Positions 50,646-64,000 of a stretch of DNA of 64,000 bases are shown here, piece after piece (within the stretch, counting starts at the first letter, position 1; every line of letters begins with the position of its first letter). The stretch spans positions 45,146 through 109,145 of the forward strand of contig MU054400.1 of assembly GCA_013239625.1 (NCBI GenBank), given 5' to 3'. The DNA comes from Lama guanicoe (Eukaryota). The translations under genes were made by a program, and so were the position numbers. The notes beneath the pieces are model-generated. The model was not told where the DNA came from. It saw only the letters and a list, made by a program, of their open reading frames with translations, and did not search any database.

Positions 50646-51329
50646 CTAGATGCAAAACAAAACAAAACAAAAAACTCTCAAATATGTAATTTGAGTATAA
50701 CTAGTATAAACACACACACATATGTATGTATGTAATCGCTCATTTCTATACAACTTCCATCAACATACAGTACCTAGCTTTGTTTATAAACATCCCACAG
50801 ATAATTTTATTGATTCTCCTAACTCTTTGATAGTCAGTGTTTAACTGTGGCCTCCAGTCAGTCTTTCAATTTCTTCATCAAACATGCCCGGAAAAGCACA
50901 AAAGATATCCATAAAACAGTCATGTGAACCACACCTTCTGCCCCGTAGCTGGTAAAACTTTAAAAATCCTTCACAAATAGACATATGATATGCACTGACT
51001 GTTTCAGTAAAAATTACATAAACCCATTGAATGGAACAGCAGGCAAAGGAGCCCCTCACCATCTAAAATCTTTTTTCTCTCTTCCCTTCCAACCACAGAA
51101 AGTGTGGTTAAATGACTGTATAGGATGGCTGCATTCTATCTCAAAATTTAGGCCTTGGCTAAGTACAGCTGAGAACCCTGGACATTGTATATAAAATAAA
51201 CAAAGAAGATTCTGAAGGGTGAAGAGAGGAATGCAGACCAGCAAGGAAACTTGGGACCCAAGAAACCACATGGTAGTGAGTCCCCTGGGTTTCCTTTTGG
51301 CCTCATATATCCCAGACATGTAGCTGAAG

Positions 51330-52880
51330 AAGCTGGCAACCAGCAATGCCTGTGGGCACAGACAAAAAAGTCTCAACAAAAGCCTCTCTCTCTATCCAAA
51401 GGGCCAGGACAGGGGTAGCCAGCAAGACAGAGAACTTTTAGGAAACAGCTGGTCTACTCCTGCCAAACACCACAGGGGGAAAAAAAAAAGAACCCCAAAA
51501 AATCTGGGGCTGATCTGGGGAACCTAGATTCCCACTTTGCAGGGCCGTTTGAAATCACTTCAACACCCCCACCTGGTGGTGTCAGGGAAGGCTAAGTAGG
51601 GAGCCAGGATTTTCAGTCCTGCCAAATGGTAGCCCTCCTCACCTGTGGTGTCAGTGCAGACCATGTAGGGGCCAGAACTCCCATCCCCACCCAGCAGTAA
51701 ACCCTTGCTGGTATCAACAGTGGCTGAATGGGAAACCTAGATTTCTACCTCCACCCGGCAGTGAAGAAACAGTGTCCCCACCTCCCCTGCCAGAATGATA
51801 TCAGAAAAAGCCACCTAACACAGGTCAAATAAGAAACCAAATCTCATCATATAATATGAAAATGTCTGAGTTTTGATTAAAAAAACCACTCTTCACACCA
51901 AAAACCAGAAAGATCTCAAACTGAATTTAAAAAAAGACAACCAAATGGATGCCAACAGTGAGATGACAGAGACATCAGAATTATCTGACAAAGATTTTAA
52001 ACTACCTACAATAAAAATGCTTCAGTGAGTAATCCCCAACACTCTTGAAACATGAACAAATATAAAGGCTCAACAAAGAAATGGAAGATATAAAGAAGAG
52101 CCAAATGGAAATGTCAGAACTAAAAGATGTAATAACTGAAATAAAAAGCTTAGTGGATGGGCTCAGCCGCAGAGTGGAGAGGTCAAAGGAAAGAATCAGT
52201 GAGCTAGAAGATGGACTAGAAATGACCCAGTCTAAACAGCAGGAAGAACACAGACCTAAACAAACAAACAAACAAACAGAGACTCAGGGACTTTTAGGAC
52301 CGTTTTAAAAGATCTAACATTTAAGACACTGGGGTCCTGGAAGGAGAGGGGAAAGAGCAGAGCTTAAAAAGGACTCAAAGAAATAATGGCTGAACACGTG
52401 CCAAATTTAACACAATGTAAATAAACATACAGATACAAGATGCTGGACAAATCCAAATAGGATAAACGCAAAGAAACCACATCAAGATACATTATAATTA
52501 AACTTCTGAAAACTAAAGACATAGGAAAAAAAATCTTAAAAGCATCCAGGAAGAAAAAAAAAAAAAAGACACCTTACTATAGGGGAAAAACCAACTGAAT
52601 GACACCAGATTTCTCATCAGAGACCACAGAGACCATGGAGACCAGAAGAAAGTGACACAATATTTTTCAAATGCTGAGAGAAAAACCTGTCAACCCAGAC
52701 TCCTATGCCCAGCAATATATCCATTGAAAATAAAGGGGAAACCAAGACATTCTCAGATGAAGAGAAACTAAAAGAATTTGTTCACCAGCAGACCTTTCCT
52801 AAGAGAAGAGCAAAAGGAAGTCCTCTAAACAGAAGGGCATGATAAAAGAAGAAAACATGAAACATCATGGAGGAAGGCAA
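51330..52880 (+). mobile_element. LINE-1 5' UTR/ORF1 remnant in DDX58 intron
   Basis: ORF1 coiled-coil-like peptide MEDIKKSQMEMSELKDVITEIKSLVDGLSRRVERSKERISELED. Confidence 0.8.
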
Positions 52881-54959
52881 GACACGGTGATTCCCACAGC
52901 GTCAGCTGTGGCAGGATCTGCTCTGTCCCACTGCTTTGTGTTGCTGCCTCTATCGCATCAGCCTACATTTTCAAGCAGTGTCCCAGGTGAAACCAGACAG
53001 CCTCGGGGCGAATCCTGTTCCTGCTACTTACTTACTAGCTGTGTGATTTGGGGCAAACGCCTCAGCTTCCTCATATACAAAACGGGAACAATAAAGCAGT
53101 TACTCTGTGGGCTGCTGGGACGTATCATGAGTTCATAATTGCCCAGGACTGCCTGGCAGAGGTTTAATGCCCCCTGGTGTTAACCTCGGACGGTGAGGTG
53201 AGTCTTCTGCTAAGAACCATGAAGATGTTAAATGATAGGGATTTGAACTTAAGCATTGGGTAGGGCGATACCCATTCATGAGTTATTTTAGAAATGACAG
53301 AGCTATTTTCATTCATTTATTCTTCTATATAAACTATGTGACCATTTTATCAAGTTAAAAATATGTATACTTTGATTATGGGATGTGATACACCTATAAG
53401 TGAATTTGGGGTGAATGCACATCTTTAAAATAGTCAGTCATTCCAATTAGGAACACGGCATTTCTTTTCTTCAGTCTTAATTTACCTCCTACCTCTCAGT
53501 AACATCTTTTTAGTTGTCTTTATTTATACTCTAGACATTTCTGGTGAGGCCAGTAGAAGTAGTAGTTAAACAGATGAGCTGTGCCAGCTCCACCCCTAAC
53601 TAGCACTGAAGATTTTCATGCCTCAGTTTCCCCCCAAAGCATGCCATAAGAAGCTTTACCACATGGACCACAGTGAGGCCTGTAGACGTAAATAAAGCAC
53701 TTGCAGGGCTCGGTGGAGAGTCCCTGTTCTACCCGTAGGAGCTGCAGTCATGGTTGTCGCCGTAAATGGAAGTGTCCCTCCCCCTTCTATCTCCTATGGG
53801 TTACTGATCGTCTATAGAGAATCCACTCATCTCTAAAGCATTTTAAATTCAAATAAAATCTGATTTATATTTTTAAAATGTAGGCCTGGAATATAGGTTA
53901 GGAAAACAATCAAAATTGTTTCTCTCCCCCTACTCCCCACCCCATCCCACTGGAAGTTATCTTTCTTGTTTTTTGTAAAAATAAAGGATGTTTATGCCTC
54001 TTATTTTCAATTCAATTTTTCACTGCTGTAAAACTGTTACATGATGTGTACTTATCCCACTGTTTCTTTTGGACAAATTTCTAGAAATGAAATTCCTGGG
54101 TTACACAACATACATTTCTCTATGAGCAGTTTTAATTTCTTTTTCTTAGACATGGTTCTGATCACTACATAAGGTAGACTCAGGGTAGGAGGAATGTGAT
54201 AGGAAAAAGGGTAAAAATATAAATTTGCCCTTTGGGCATCCAATTTTTAAAAATTCACTTCTGTCTAATGATATTCAATTATATACTGAAATTCAATTAA
54301 ATACTAGTAATCGCAAATATTTTAAATGTTGCTAAAGGCAAGACATATAAATCCTAACGAATTAAAACTAACTCTTACTGCTACACTTAACCCTAAGTAA
54401 AACTCAGTAACTGGATGAAGAGGCTCAACCCAGGTCACAACTGAAGTCTGCAGCCATTGCTTCCCCTTCCCACACCTGCGGATGAGAAGCAGCCTAACTG
54501 CACACACTGGAAGTGGAAAAAGCGAGGCTAGGAAACCCTGATTGTGTGCAGTCATGGGTACCCATCATGTCGGAAGTTCTTCCGTCAAAATGAACTTTCT
54601 TTCACCCCATATCCTATTCTCAACTCATAAGAAAGGAGAGTAGGGTTCCTCATTTTGATTCCAAATGACCCTTCATAACTGCAGCAGTGAAAAATACCCA
54701 TTATACCTTTTTCCTCCAGGATGAAGTACTACCAAATCCTGAAGCTTCCCACACGGAAATAAGTTCTTGGATACGTGGTGGCTGTCTACCTGCTCAGATG
54801 GCTGCAGCGGTCTGGTGAGGGGCAGCCACACACACACAAGGGATAACGCAGCTACCAGCGACCAGCGACCCCTGGCCACACTTGTTCTGGGCCACTGCTC
54901 ATCCTTTACCACTTCTGCCTGTTCTCGATCAATGGGCGTCAGGGAAATCCCAAATGCGA

Positions 54960-55210
54960 TTTTTTTTTTTTGATTGAAGTACAGTCAGTTACAGTGTGTC
55001 AATTTCTGGTGTACAGCACAATGTCCCAGTCATGCATATACAGACATATTCTTTTTCATTAAAGGTTATTACAAGATATTGAACATAGTTCCCTGTGCTA
55101 TACAGAAGAAACCTGGTTTTTTTAAACTATTATAAAAATAGATATACAGTGGCTAACACTTGCAAATCTCAGACTCTCAAATTTATCCCTTCCCACCCCT
55201 TCTCCCTTCA
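54960..55210 (-). mobile_element. LINE-1 3' UTR tail
   Basis: Poly(T), then sequence similar to the L1 tails at 32.5 kb and 58.8 kb. Confidence 0.75.
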
Positions 55211-55269
55211 AAAGGCTATTAAGTAGCCTAATTCAACAGATATTTAAGCCACTGTCTCCTCACCCCACT

Positions 55270-55401
55270 TTTTTTTTCTTCTTTTGGAGGCAGGGAGGTA
55301 ATTCGGTTTATTTATTTATTTTTAATGGAGGTGCTGGGGATTGAACCCAAGACCTCACATTTGCTAGGCACACACTCTACCACTGAGCTATACCCTCCCC
55401 C
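55270..55401 (-). mobile_element. Camelid tRNA-Ala-derived SINE (Vic-1-like)
   Basis: Reverse complement reads ggggagggtatagctcagtggtagag...gggttcaatccccagcacctcc with A/B boxes and an A-rich tail. Approximate TSD tctcctcaccccact / tttcctcacccaact (55255-55269, 55404-55418). Confidence 0.85.
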
Positions 55402-56799
55402 TATTTCCTCACCCAACTCTTTGACCTAGTGTGCTGGCTACAGTGAATGTCTCTGTGTCTGCTCCAGCCTCCATATTCCTCAATAGACTTTTACTCTATT
55501 GCTTTTGCCACATATGAGTCTAAGCAACTTGTCACCCAGTGGAGGGGATAAAAATAATTGCAAAGCTAACATGATTTTAAAGCCTTTACTGGCAACTTCC
55601 GCATATTCTACAAAATGGGGAAGTGGCTAAGTGAAAAAACTCTATCCTCAGAAAAACTAAGAGGAACTAAAGAATTTCCCTGCAATTCTTCTCCCTGAAA
55701 ATGTGGAAGAAGTATTTTTACATATCTTGGTCTTCTAACCTTAAGAAGAAATTTTTTTTAAATCAGTCAACACTGATTAAATATTATAATTTTTCTTAAA
55801 ATAAGTGTTAGTTTACTTTAGCTCATTAATTGCTTCTCATTACTTTTTGAGCATAAAAATTATGACTTTTAAAAATTATGACCATTATGGAATTAGTCTA
55901 GTGAACTGTAAGACATCTTCAAGAAGTTAAGGTATGCCTCACACATCTGTGCGATAACAACTCCCATTTCTGAGCACTTACTTTACATCAGGCACCATAG
56001 TAAGCAGTGCATACATCTCACTTTATGCCCCAAACTGCCCTGTGAGTTAAATACTGTTATTTTCCCAAATTTGTGAATATGGAGACTGATGATTTCAAAG
56101 AGGAACTACCTGAAGACACACATTTTGTAAGTGGCAGTTCTGGGACTGGAATCACTGATTCTAATGGTAAAGCTCTCCCCCAGGCCTGCAGGGTTCAGTG
56201 CTCGCAGAGGTTCTGACATGCAGTCTCTGCAAATGGTCTGAGAAATAGAGGGTGTCTGTGTGTATGTGTGGGTGTGTCATTCCCCATGTGTTATAAAGAA
56301 AATTACAATCAAACTAAGGTCACTACCAAGAGGCTGGATGAATATGGTGCCCCTCCAAAGTTCACACTGCTATCCAGACCTACAAACAGGTCTTCTAACA
56401 CTGGGCACACCTCCCACGCACAGTGCACTGGGAGCTTTTCCCTGGGGACTCTGGATATTAGAGAGACAGAGATTTGAGGAAAAGACTAACAAGAACTGTG
56501 TCTTGCAGTGTTAGGGTGTAGTCCTCAAAAAATACTGTCAACTTAAGAGTAATCCAAGCTCAGTTTGCCTTGTAGATCTAAAACATGACTTCAGGTATTA
56601 GCACTAATAAAACATATTTTAACTCACTGAGACTTAAAGCAGAATGAATCTGATGTTCACTGTGGGATGAAATTTTAAGGATAAACTTACGGTTCTAAAA
56701 CACTCAGAGCAATATGATACTAGTGCTAGCCATGCACACACTCCCTGTTTGTCACTTGTAGTCAGAGTCTGAAATGTTAACATAGATGCAAAGACTCAC

Positions 56800-56951
56800 C
56801 TTTTCTTTAAATGCTGCTTCATCCCATGTCTGCACGTTTACAATGGAGTCATTCATCATTTTTTCTTTGTATATGTTTATTTTTTCTTTTTCAATTACAT
56901 CATCATTACTGGTCAGAAGGAAGCACTTGCTCCCTCTTGCTCTTCCTCTGC
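56800..56951 (-). CDS. DDX58: RIG-I exon ~16 (motif VI end, pincer)
   Basis: cag|[51 protein letters not shown]|gtgagt; 152 nt. Confidence 0.95.
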
Positions 56952-58128
56952 CTGTTAGAAAAAAAATAGTTTATTTGGTGTCTTTGACTTAAAATTCTAC
57001 TAAATCTGAGAATACGTACACAAAGGGATACGGGTATTCCTAAAATTCAACACTGGTTCACTGAATCCCACTTTCTAGACAAGCTGAGCTGGTGGGGTGT
57101 GGAGTGAAATGCAGGTGTGTACATGTGGATAAACAAGAAGCCCACCTTTGATGGGCTTCCTCAGGGTCTTCGTGGTGCACTGTGACCGAATAGGCATGTT
57201 ATTAGAAATACTGCTTAAAGACAATCCAACATGAACCATCAGGGTGATACGGTGAGGGCCCTAAGATGAATAATAAACAGATCCTCCCTCAAGAGCCTTC
57301 TAGGAAACAAGGAAATAACATGTCCACAACCACCAGAACACAGGTGGAAAACTAGTGCTCTGAGAAAGACAGATATAAAGGGTTATGGGCAGTCAGAAGA
57401 GAGATTACTGCCAGCTGGGAGAATCAGGGACAGGCAACGGGGAGGCAGCAGAAGAGGTAGAACAATGATCAGCAGCAACAGTACGTGGGCAATTCGTTCA
57501 ACGAGGGAAAAATGAAGTCATATTGGCTGGATTCAGGGGCTCATGGATAAAGGGGAATAATGGCGAATGAGGCTGGACAGATACATGGGCGCTGGATTGT
57601 GAAAAACTCTTCAACAGCAAGCAAGTTGGGGAAATGCTAGAGTTTCTATCCAGGGAGGTGACATGCTCAGAGCTGGTTTTCAAGAAAAGTAATGCGGCAG
57701 CTGTTGTTGTGGAAACTAGAAAAAGGAAGAGGGACCAGTCAGGAGATCATCTAGTTCAAGTGGGACAGGACTCCCTGGAGCACCTCTTCTGGAGTAGAGG
57801 GGGCCACCAGCACCATAAGCACAGCTGCAAAAGGTCCCCATGTTGACTGCTGAAGCCTCAATCAGACTTGGAATTGTCCTTTCATAAATATGTCAGCCAA
57901 TGTTGGTCAAGTAAACAGTAATCATTGTGAACAAGAACCAAACTAGGGTATATGTTAGTGGATGAAACTGCAGTCACCCCATCCTGACCAGGTAAGCCAG
58001 CTCTAGGGCCAATGATATGGGGGTCCACTGTGCCATGGTGACAGTAAAGGAGAAAGGCTGGAATGACAGACACGCTCACAAAGCAGAAGACGACAGCCCT
58101 CCAGTAATGGCCCCAAAGTTTCTCTTAC

Positions 58129-58299
58129 CTCTGGTTTGGATCATTTTGATGACGTTGCCCACATACTCATACAGGATGACCAGATTGCACTGAGCAATGT
58201 CGATGCCTTCATCAGCAACCGAGGTGGCGATCAGAATTTTGTTATCTCCGTTGGTTCTGAATGTATCCAATACACACTTCTGCGCTAGGAGGGTCATTC
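58129..58299 (-). CDS. DDX58: RIG-I exon ~15 (motif [12 protein letters not shown], start of motif VI)
   Basis: cag|[57 protein letters not shown]|gtaaga; 171 nt. Confidence 0.96.
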
Positions 58300-58732
58300 C
58301 TGTGTCAGAGGCAGAGGGTACTGTATATCTCACCAAAGAAGGAACTTTACCCTTCAAAAGAACAGCTATGAATTATGACACGCAGGCATTGGGATGTCAG
58401 GAACTGGGGTAAGCGCTTTGTATTCATGGTCTCACAGCAACCCTGGGCAGTAGGGCCGATCCCTGTCACGGTTTTAGAGAGGACATTTGAGGTAGGGTCT
58501 AACAACTCGGACTCTGGCACAGCCTCAGCTCAGATCCCAGCTGTGGTACTTACAAGCTATGTGGCTTCAGTCATATTATTGCAAAACAAATATTGATTTT
58601 TTTGCACAACTATCGAGAGTTAATTGTCACACCTTTGCATGTGTATAGGAGTTTTCAGCTGACAAGACATTTTCACATCTACCGACTCCCTGGAACTTCA
58701 CAAGACCCTTTCAGGATGATGTGGCAAGTGTT

Positions 58733-59264
58733 TTATTTATATACTTGTTTGTTTTTATTGAAGTATAGTCAGTTTACAATGTTATATTAATTTCTGATGT
58801 ACAGCATAGTGATTCAAATTTTTATATATACATATATATTTGTGTCTTTTCATATTCTCTTTTATTATAGGCTATTACAATGTACTAAATATAGTTCCCT
58901 GTGCTGTACAGTAGGATCTTGTTGTTCATCTGTTTTATATATAGTAGTTAGTATCTGCAAACCCCAAACTCCCAATTTATCCCTCTTCCCTTTTTCCCCC
59001 TACAAGTTTGTTTTCTATGTCTATGAGTCTGTTTCTGTTTTATAAATAAGTTCATTTGTGGGCTTTTTTTTTAGACTCCACATGTAAGTGATATCATATG
59101 GTATTTTTCTTTCTCTTTCTGGCTTACTTCACTTAGAATGACAATCTCCAGGTCCATCCATCTTGCTGCAAATAGCATTATTTTATTCTTTTTTATGGCT
59201 GAGTAGTATTCCATTATATATATTTATATTTATATTTATATTTATATATCTCAACTTCTTTATT
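58733..59264 (-). mobile_element. 5'-truncated LINE-1 with TSD
   Basis: L1 3' end on -; TSD gatgtggcaagtgtt / gatatggcaagtgtt (58718-58732, 59265-59279). Confidence 0.88.
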
Positions 59265-60599
59265 GATATGGCAAGTGTTATGATTCCCCATTATGACAGA
59301 TTTCCATGACCCACTTCCACTTTTGCGTTGCACTTCCAGTCCCCTCAGGGGCAACAACTCTCCTCTCTCCCCTCTACCTTCCTTGGAACCCTGGCCCTGA
59401 TGGTGAAGACCTTGAGGTTTTGGAGGTATGATAAGCTAATAGGTTAGCGAGTAGCAGAACTGGGCCTTGAATTTCAGTTAGGATCCCACTAGGGTGCAGG
59501 TCTCAGCCACTGATACGCTGAGAAGAGAAAGGTTTCCAGTGGTCTCTACCCCAGAGTCAACAGAATTTATAAAAGCTCCAATTTTTTCCTAGTATACTGG
59601 CAGCCGAAATTTACAGATATATTTTGTTGAGGACAGAACAATTTCTTTTCACCATCATCTTCTACATAACAATGAACATACCCAAGACAGACACCATACT
59701 TTAAGTATTTCTGAACTTATCCATTTGTTCACCAAATATTCATTCAGCAATTATGGTCTGTCTGATAAGGATAGAATGGTTAAAAGGTTCATTTTTATCT
59801 ATAAGTTCTCAATGGATGTGGATGGACGGATGCATAGATGGATGAACAAACAAATAAGAAAATATTTACTGGGTTCCTACTTGTAGATGAATAACAAAGT
59901 TCAAAAATCAAATTGGACTCATGCTGGAGTCAGACGGCAGAGAACTTTGAATTCCAACCACAATAATGTGGTGTTGGACTTCACTTGGTAGGCCAAATTT
60001 TCAAAACATGACTTTACTTTTTAGATTCAAAGTTTAAAATTTGCATAAGGGGGAAGTGCAAAGATGATGACTGAGGACTGACAGCAAGGGGACTTCTTAC
60101 TATAAACAACACTAAATAAGGAACAGTGAGGACCTGTCACGGCCGGTCACTGAGGTGGGAGGAGCACAGGTCAGGACCAGCCACCTAGGATCCTCCTGGA
60201 AGACAACAGAGGTGGCCTTTCATCCTTTAACCACTTCCTACCTAGATTTCAGCATTGGACATTTTTTTTAAGTTGTAAAATATATAATATGCACAAAAGC
60301 ATCTACAGTTTAAACAATGCAAACACAGAAAAGGAACATTTCTATTTCGAATTAATCTACTGATTGAGAACTTGTTCAGGAAAGTAACATGCTCAAACAA
60401 CATTTCAAGAACTAACTCTGGTTTCACCTGTGAGACATATGGGAGGAGGCACTGTCTACAGGTTTTCGGCATTTGAGCACTGTGAGGGCTTTCTGATGCA
60501 TCACCTTGGCCAGGCTGAACCACAGTCCCCAAATATGCACCTAGGGGCTTCTCTGAAGGGAGTCTGCAGGTACTATTAGTGTTCATAATCGGTTGATAT

Positions 60600-61130
60600 T
60601 GTTAACCAAAAGAGATTTCACCCTAGATAGGCCTGACCTAATGAAGTCAGCCCTTTAAAGGAGGGCTTAGGTGTTCCCTGAGCTCAGAGACTCCAGACAG
60701 CTCATGCCTGTGGGGTTCCACGTGCTCCTGCACCTGCCCTGTGCACTTCAGACCTGCTTTGCCAGTCCAATCGTGTATGCCGATTCCTTGTAACAAATCC
60801 CTGTGTGTGTGTGTGTGTGTATGTCTGCGTGTGTGTATACACATATCTAAACTATATATACACACGCACACATATGTATATGTGTACTATACATATATGC
60901 ACACACATACACATATATATGTATGTATACATGTATGTATAATCCCTACTAGTTTTTCTTCTGTTGGTAATGTCTGCGTGCGTGTATACACATATCTAAA
61001 CTATATATACACATGCACACATATGTATATGTGTACTATACATATATGCACACACATACACATATATATGTATGTATACATGTATGTATAATCCCTACTA
61101 GTTTTTCTTCTGTTGAACCCTGACTGATAG
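60600..61130 (+). mobile_element. MLT2-like LTR 3' part containing TG/TA microsatellite
   Basis: gccctttaaa...caatcgtgtatgccgattccttg...(TG)n...gaaccctgactgata. Confidence 0.55.
60821..61115. repeat. Tandem duplication, 2 x 146 bp
   Basis: Copies 60821-60966 and 60970-61115 differ at 2 positions; 3-nt spacer gta. Confidence 0.9.
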
Positions 61131-61220
61131 AAGCATTAAGAAAGAATTCAAATATATTATATACGTTCTTTTATATATATACATATAGCATACTAAATCT
61201 AATTCGTTATCTATAAACAC

Positions 61221-61311
61221 CTGTGTTCTGACTTGTTTTGCCACGTCCAGTCAATATGCCAGGTTTTAGAAAGCTGAGAGTAGGACTTTCTTCAATCCAT
61301 TTCTTTAAAGC
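61221..61311 (-). CDS. DDX58: RIG-I exon ~14
   Basis: cag|[30 protein letters not shown]|gtgttt; 91 nt; phases fit the neighbouring exons. Confidence 0.93.
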
Positions 61312-61589
61312 CTGAAAATAAAAAGAAAACATCAGCTGGATCCTGTTTGTATACTATCTATATTAATTCAGCACTGAAATATATGCAAGAAGGAGAGCTC
61401 TAAAGAAGTATACAGACAAGAAGACTTACGTACTTTGCAGATTGACAAACGTGAGGTAAACAAAGCTTCCTGTAATTGAATTCTAGGCAATAATTAACTA
61501 TAAGGGTATATAGATCGTTGTGATCTGATATGGTTTAATATCTTAAGATACCTTTGAGGTGAAAAAGGCAAAGTTCAGAATACTGGGAG

Positions 61590-63192
61590 TGTAGAACTAA
61601 CAAGTGGATTTAGTGAGATCTCAGGACACAAAATCAATACACAGAAATCAGTTGTACTTCTATATACAGCAACAAACGAGTAAAAGTGCCACTTATAGCA
61701 GTTATTGGGTTATAAGTCTAACAAAATAGTGCAGAATCTGTACACTGAAAACGATAAAACACTGACAAAAGGACCCAAAGATGTGGCTGGTGGCCTCTCA
61801 GGTAGCCCTCAGTGATCTCCACTCCCTGGTATTCAGATCCTTGTGTAATCCCCTCCCCTCAAGTGTGAACTAAACTTACTGACTTGCTTCTCATGAATAA
61901 AATATGGCAGGTGTGAGGGGATATCAATTCATAGATGAAGTTATAAGACGACCATGACCTCCATATCAGGCACTTTCTCTCAACCACTCTTGGATCACTC
62001 ACTTTAGGAAAAGCCAGCCACCAGGCTGTGAGGCCGGCATGTGGAGAGGCCCCTGTGAGTGAGCCAAGCACATCTTCTGCGGCCGGCCAAAAGCCATGTA
62101 AGTCAAGCCCTGAGCTGACCGCAGCCGTGGCCAACACCTTGAATGCAGCCTCATGAGACACCCTGAGACAGAAACACCCAGTTAAGTTGTTTTCAGATTC
62201 CTGGCCCATAGATACTGTAAGATAATAGATGTCTTTTGTTTCCAGCTACTAAGTTTTGGGGTAATTTGTTATCAGCAGTAGGTAACTAATACAGAAGCCC
62301 TATATAAATGAAGAGATATATTATGGTCGTGCATTTGAAGATTCAATATTGTTAAGATGTCATTTCTCCCCAATTTTATCTATAGATTCAGTGCAATCCC
62401 AAATGAAATTCCAGCAGACTTTTTCATAGATGTGGATGAGCTGATTCTAAATAAAGATGGAAAGGCAAAGAAAGATAGTGAAAGCAATTTTGAAAAAGGA
62501 AGAAACTTGGAGGACTCACAGTACCTGATTTCAACACTCACTATGAAGCTACAGTAATCAAGACTGTAGGATGGGTGAAAAGATAGATGTACACGCGAAT
62601 GGAACAGAACAGAGGATCCAGAAATATATCCACATAAATACAGCCACCTGAGTTTTGAAAAAGTTACAAAGGCAATTCAATGGAGAAAGAATAGTCTTTT
62701 CAACAAACATGCTGAAACAATTGGATGTCCACATACAAAAAGAAAAAAAATCTCAACCCATACCTCAAAATGGATTGTAGACTGAAATGTAAAATGTAAA
62801 ACTAGGGCAAAAGATGCGAACAGACACTTCACCAAAGAAGATATATGGATGACATAATAAATATATGAACAAATGCTCAATTGTATTAGTCATTGGTAAA
62901 ATGCAAATTAAAACCCTCATGAGGTAGCACTAGGTGTCCACAGAATGGCTAAAATTTTTTAAATTGACAAAAAGAATAAAAAAGTATGAAATACTTGCTC
63001 TACAAGTATCAACCATTATAAACCAGAGTGACTGAGACAGTGAGGTATTAGCGTAAGAAAAAAAAAAAGGAACTCAGAATGGAATAAAGAGCCCAGAAAC
63101 AGACCCACACATATATGGATGCTTGATTGCAAAGCAGTGAGGAAAGGACTGTCTTTTTAATAAAATGGTACTAGGCCAATTTGTTATCCACA
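61590..63192 (+). mobile_element. Old LINE-1 ORF2 fragments, split by an MLT1 LTR
   Basis: Peptide MSFLPNFIYRFSAIPNEIPADFF; phrase caaaatcaatacacagaaatcagttg. Confidence 0.75.
61782..62293 (+). mobile_element. MaLR LTR (MLT1-like)
   Basis: TG...CA ends; MLT1 hallmarks (gccaacaccttgaatgcagcctcatgaga; ctaagttttggggtaatttgtt...aactaataca). Confidence 0.8.
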
Positions 63193-63208
63193 GGAGGTAG
63201 AAGCTTAC

Positions 63209-63357
63209 ATCCACAAGAGCCCTGGTTTTCACAAAGAGGATGGTTCTGGTCTCTGGATTTATGTGGTACTCCTCTTTCAAGATGAAGCAGAGGTCTTCGA
63301 GTTTAGGGTTCTCGTTGCTGGGATCCATCGAAATACTTTCTAGTTCCTGCAGCTTTT
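63209..63357 (-). CDS. DDX58: RIG-I exon ~13 (motif [10 protein letters not shown])
   Basis: cag|[49 protein letters not shown]|gtaagc; 149 nt. Confidence 0.95.
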
Positions 63358-64000
63358 CTGCAAATGGGGAACATTTCGCAAAAGGTTTATAAATTCAAGA
63401 AATTTAGAACACACTGGGACCTATAGCTATAGTTCAAAGAGTTTCTCAATCTCTGTCCAGAATTTTATGAGGAATAACCACTGATTTAATGCATACATTC
63501 AATATACCGATAAATGCATACATTTTTTCCCCCTGAGAGCTGGTTGTTCAATGTTTAGCAGCACACATATGTATAAGTAAATACTTTGGTATAGTCCTCA
63601 GAAAAATTATTAACACTAATTACCTTTGGGAAAAGGCATTTGAGAGAGGGAGAAAAAAGACTTACTTTTCATTTAATATCTTCCTATATTTTTCTTAATA
63701 TGAGGGCAATGGGATTATGAGCCATTTTGGTTTTCTTCTCTGTATAGAAGTATATATAAATTATAGCTTTTAATGTCATTAAAATACTTTAAAAAATTTT
63801 TATGAAATTACTAAAAGTTATACCAAAAAATGTTATTATCAACTGACTGTTTCTGTGGGATGTATCCCTTGCAAATCCTACCACTCCTTCTTCAAAACAG
63901 GAAATAGTGTAAGTGGCAGATTGTTTTCACAAGTACCAGATTTCCCTGAAGCTTAATAGTCCTGCCACGTATAATATCTTCTTAAGCCCAAGACAGCTCC

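Larger units (their letters stand above)
46731..64000 (-). other. DDX58: DDX58/RIGI (RIG-I) gene, 3' portion (exons ~13-18 and 3' UTR); continues beyond the window
   Basis: Six spliceable exons encode the Hel2 helicase motifs, the pincer and the Zn-binding CTD. The convergent arrangement with ACO1 matches known mammalian synteny. Confidence 0.96.

Noticed and set aside
55327..55400. Possible functional tRNA-Ala gene
   Set aside because: Diverged, with an A-rich tail and TSD; it is the head of a SINE.
60741..61091. His/Tyr/Cys-rich repetitive ORF
   Set aside because: Translation of CA/TA/TG microsatellite sequence.

Overview
Mammalian genomic DNA, almost certainly camelid: a tRNA-Ala-derived SINE of the camelid Vic-1 type lies at ~55.3 kb. 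The window holds two convergent genes. ACO1 (cytosolic aconitase / iron regulatory protein 1) is on the + strand, with all 20 coding exons traceable with GT-AG borders (ATG 9495, stop 42796); its non-coding exon 1 and promoter are not seen. The 3' part of DDX58/RIGI (RIG-I) is on the - strand, with the last six coding exons (63357 down to stop at 48410). The rest is intron or intergenic DNA rich in L1, L2, MIR, LTR and DNA-transposon remnants. Main surprises: (1) ACO1 exon 6 is 13 nt short, deleting the conserved HQV/YL residues and shifting the frame to a stop at 18650-18652, while the other 19 coding exons are intact. This is either a null allele or an assembly error. (2) A TSD-flanked 5' half of tRNA-Ser(CGA) sits antisense in the RIG-I 3' UTR, with its only mismatch at the m2,2G26 position. 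(3) A CpG island with a G-quadruplex motif covers the last ACO1 exon. Exon numbers and reference comparisons rely on remembered human sequences, and repeat family names are by eye.
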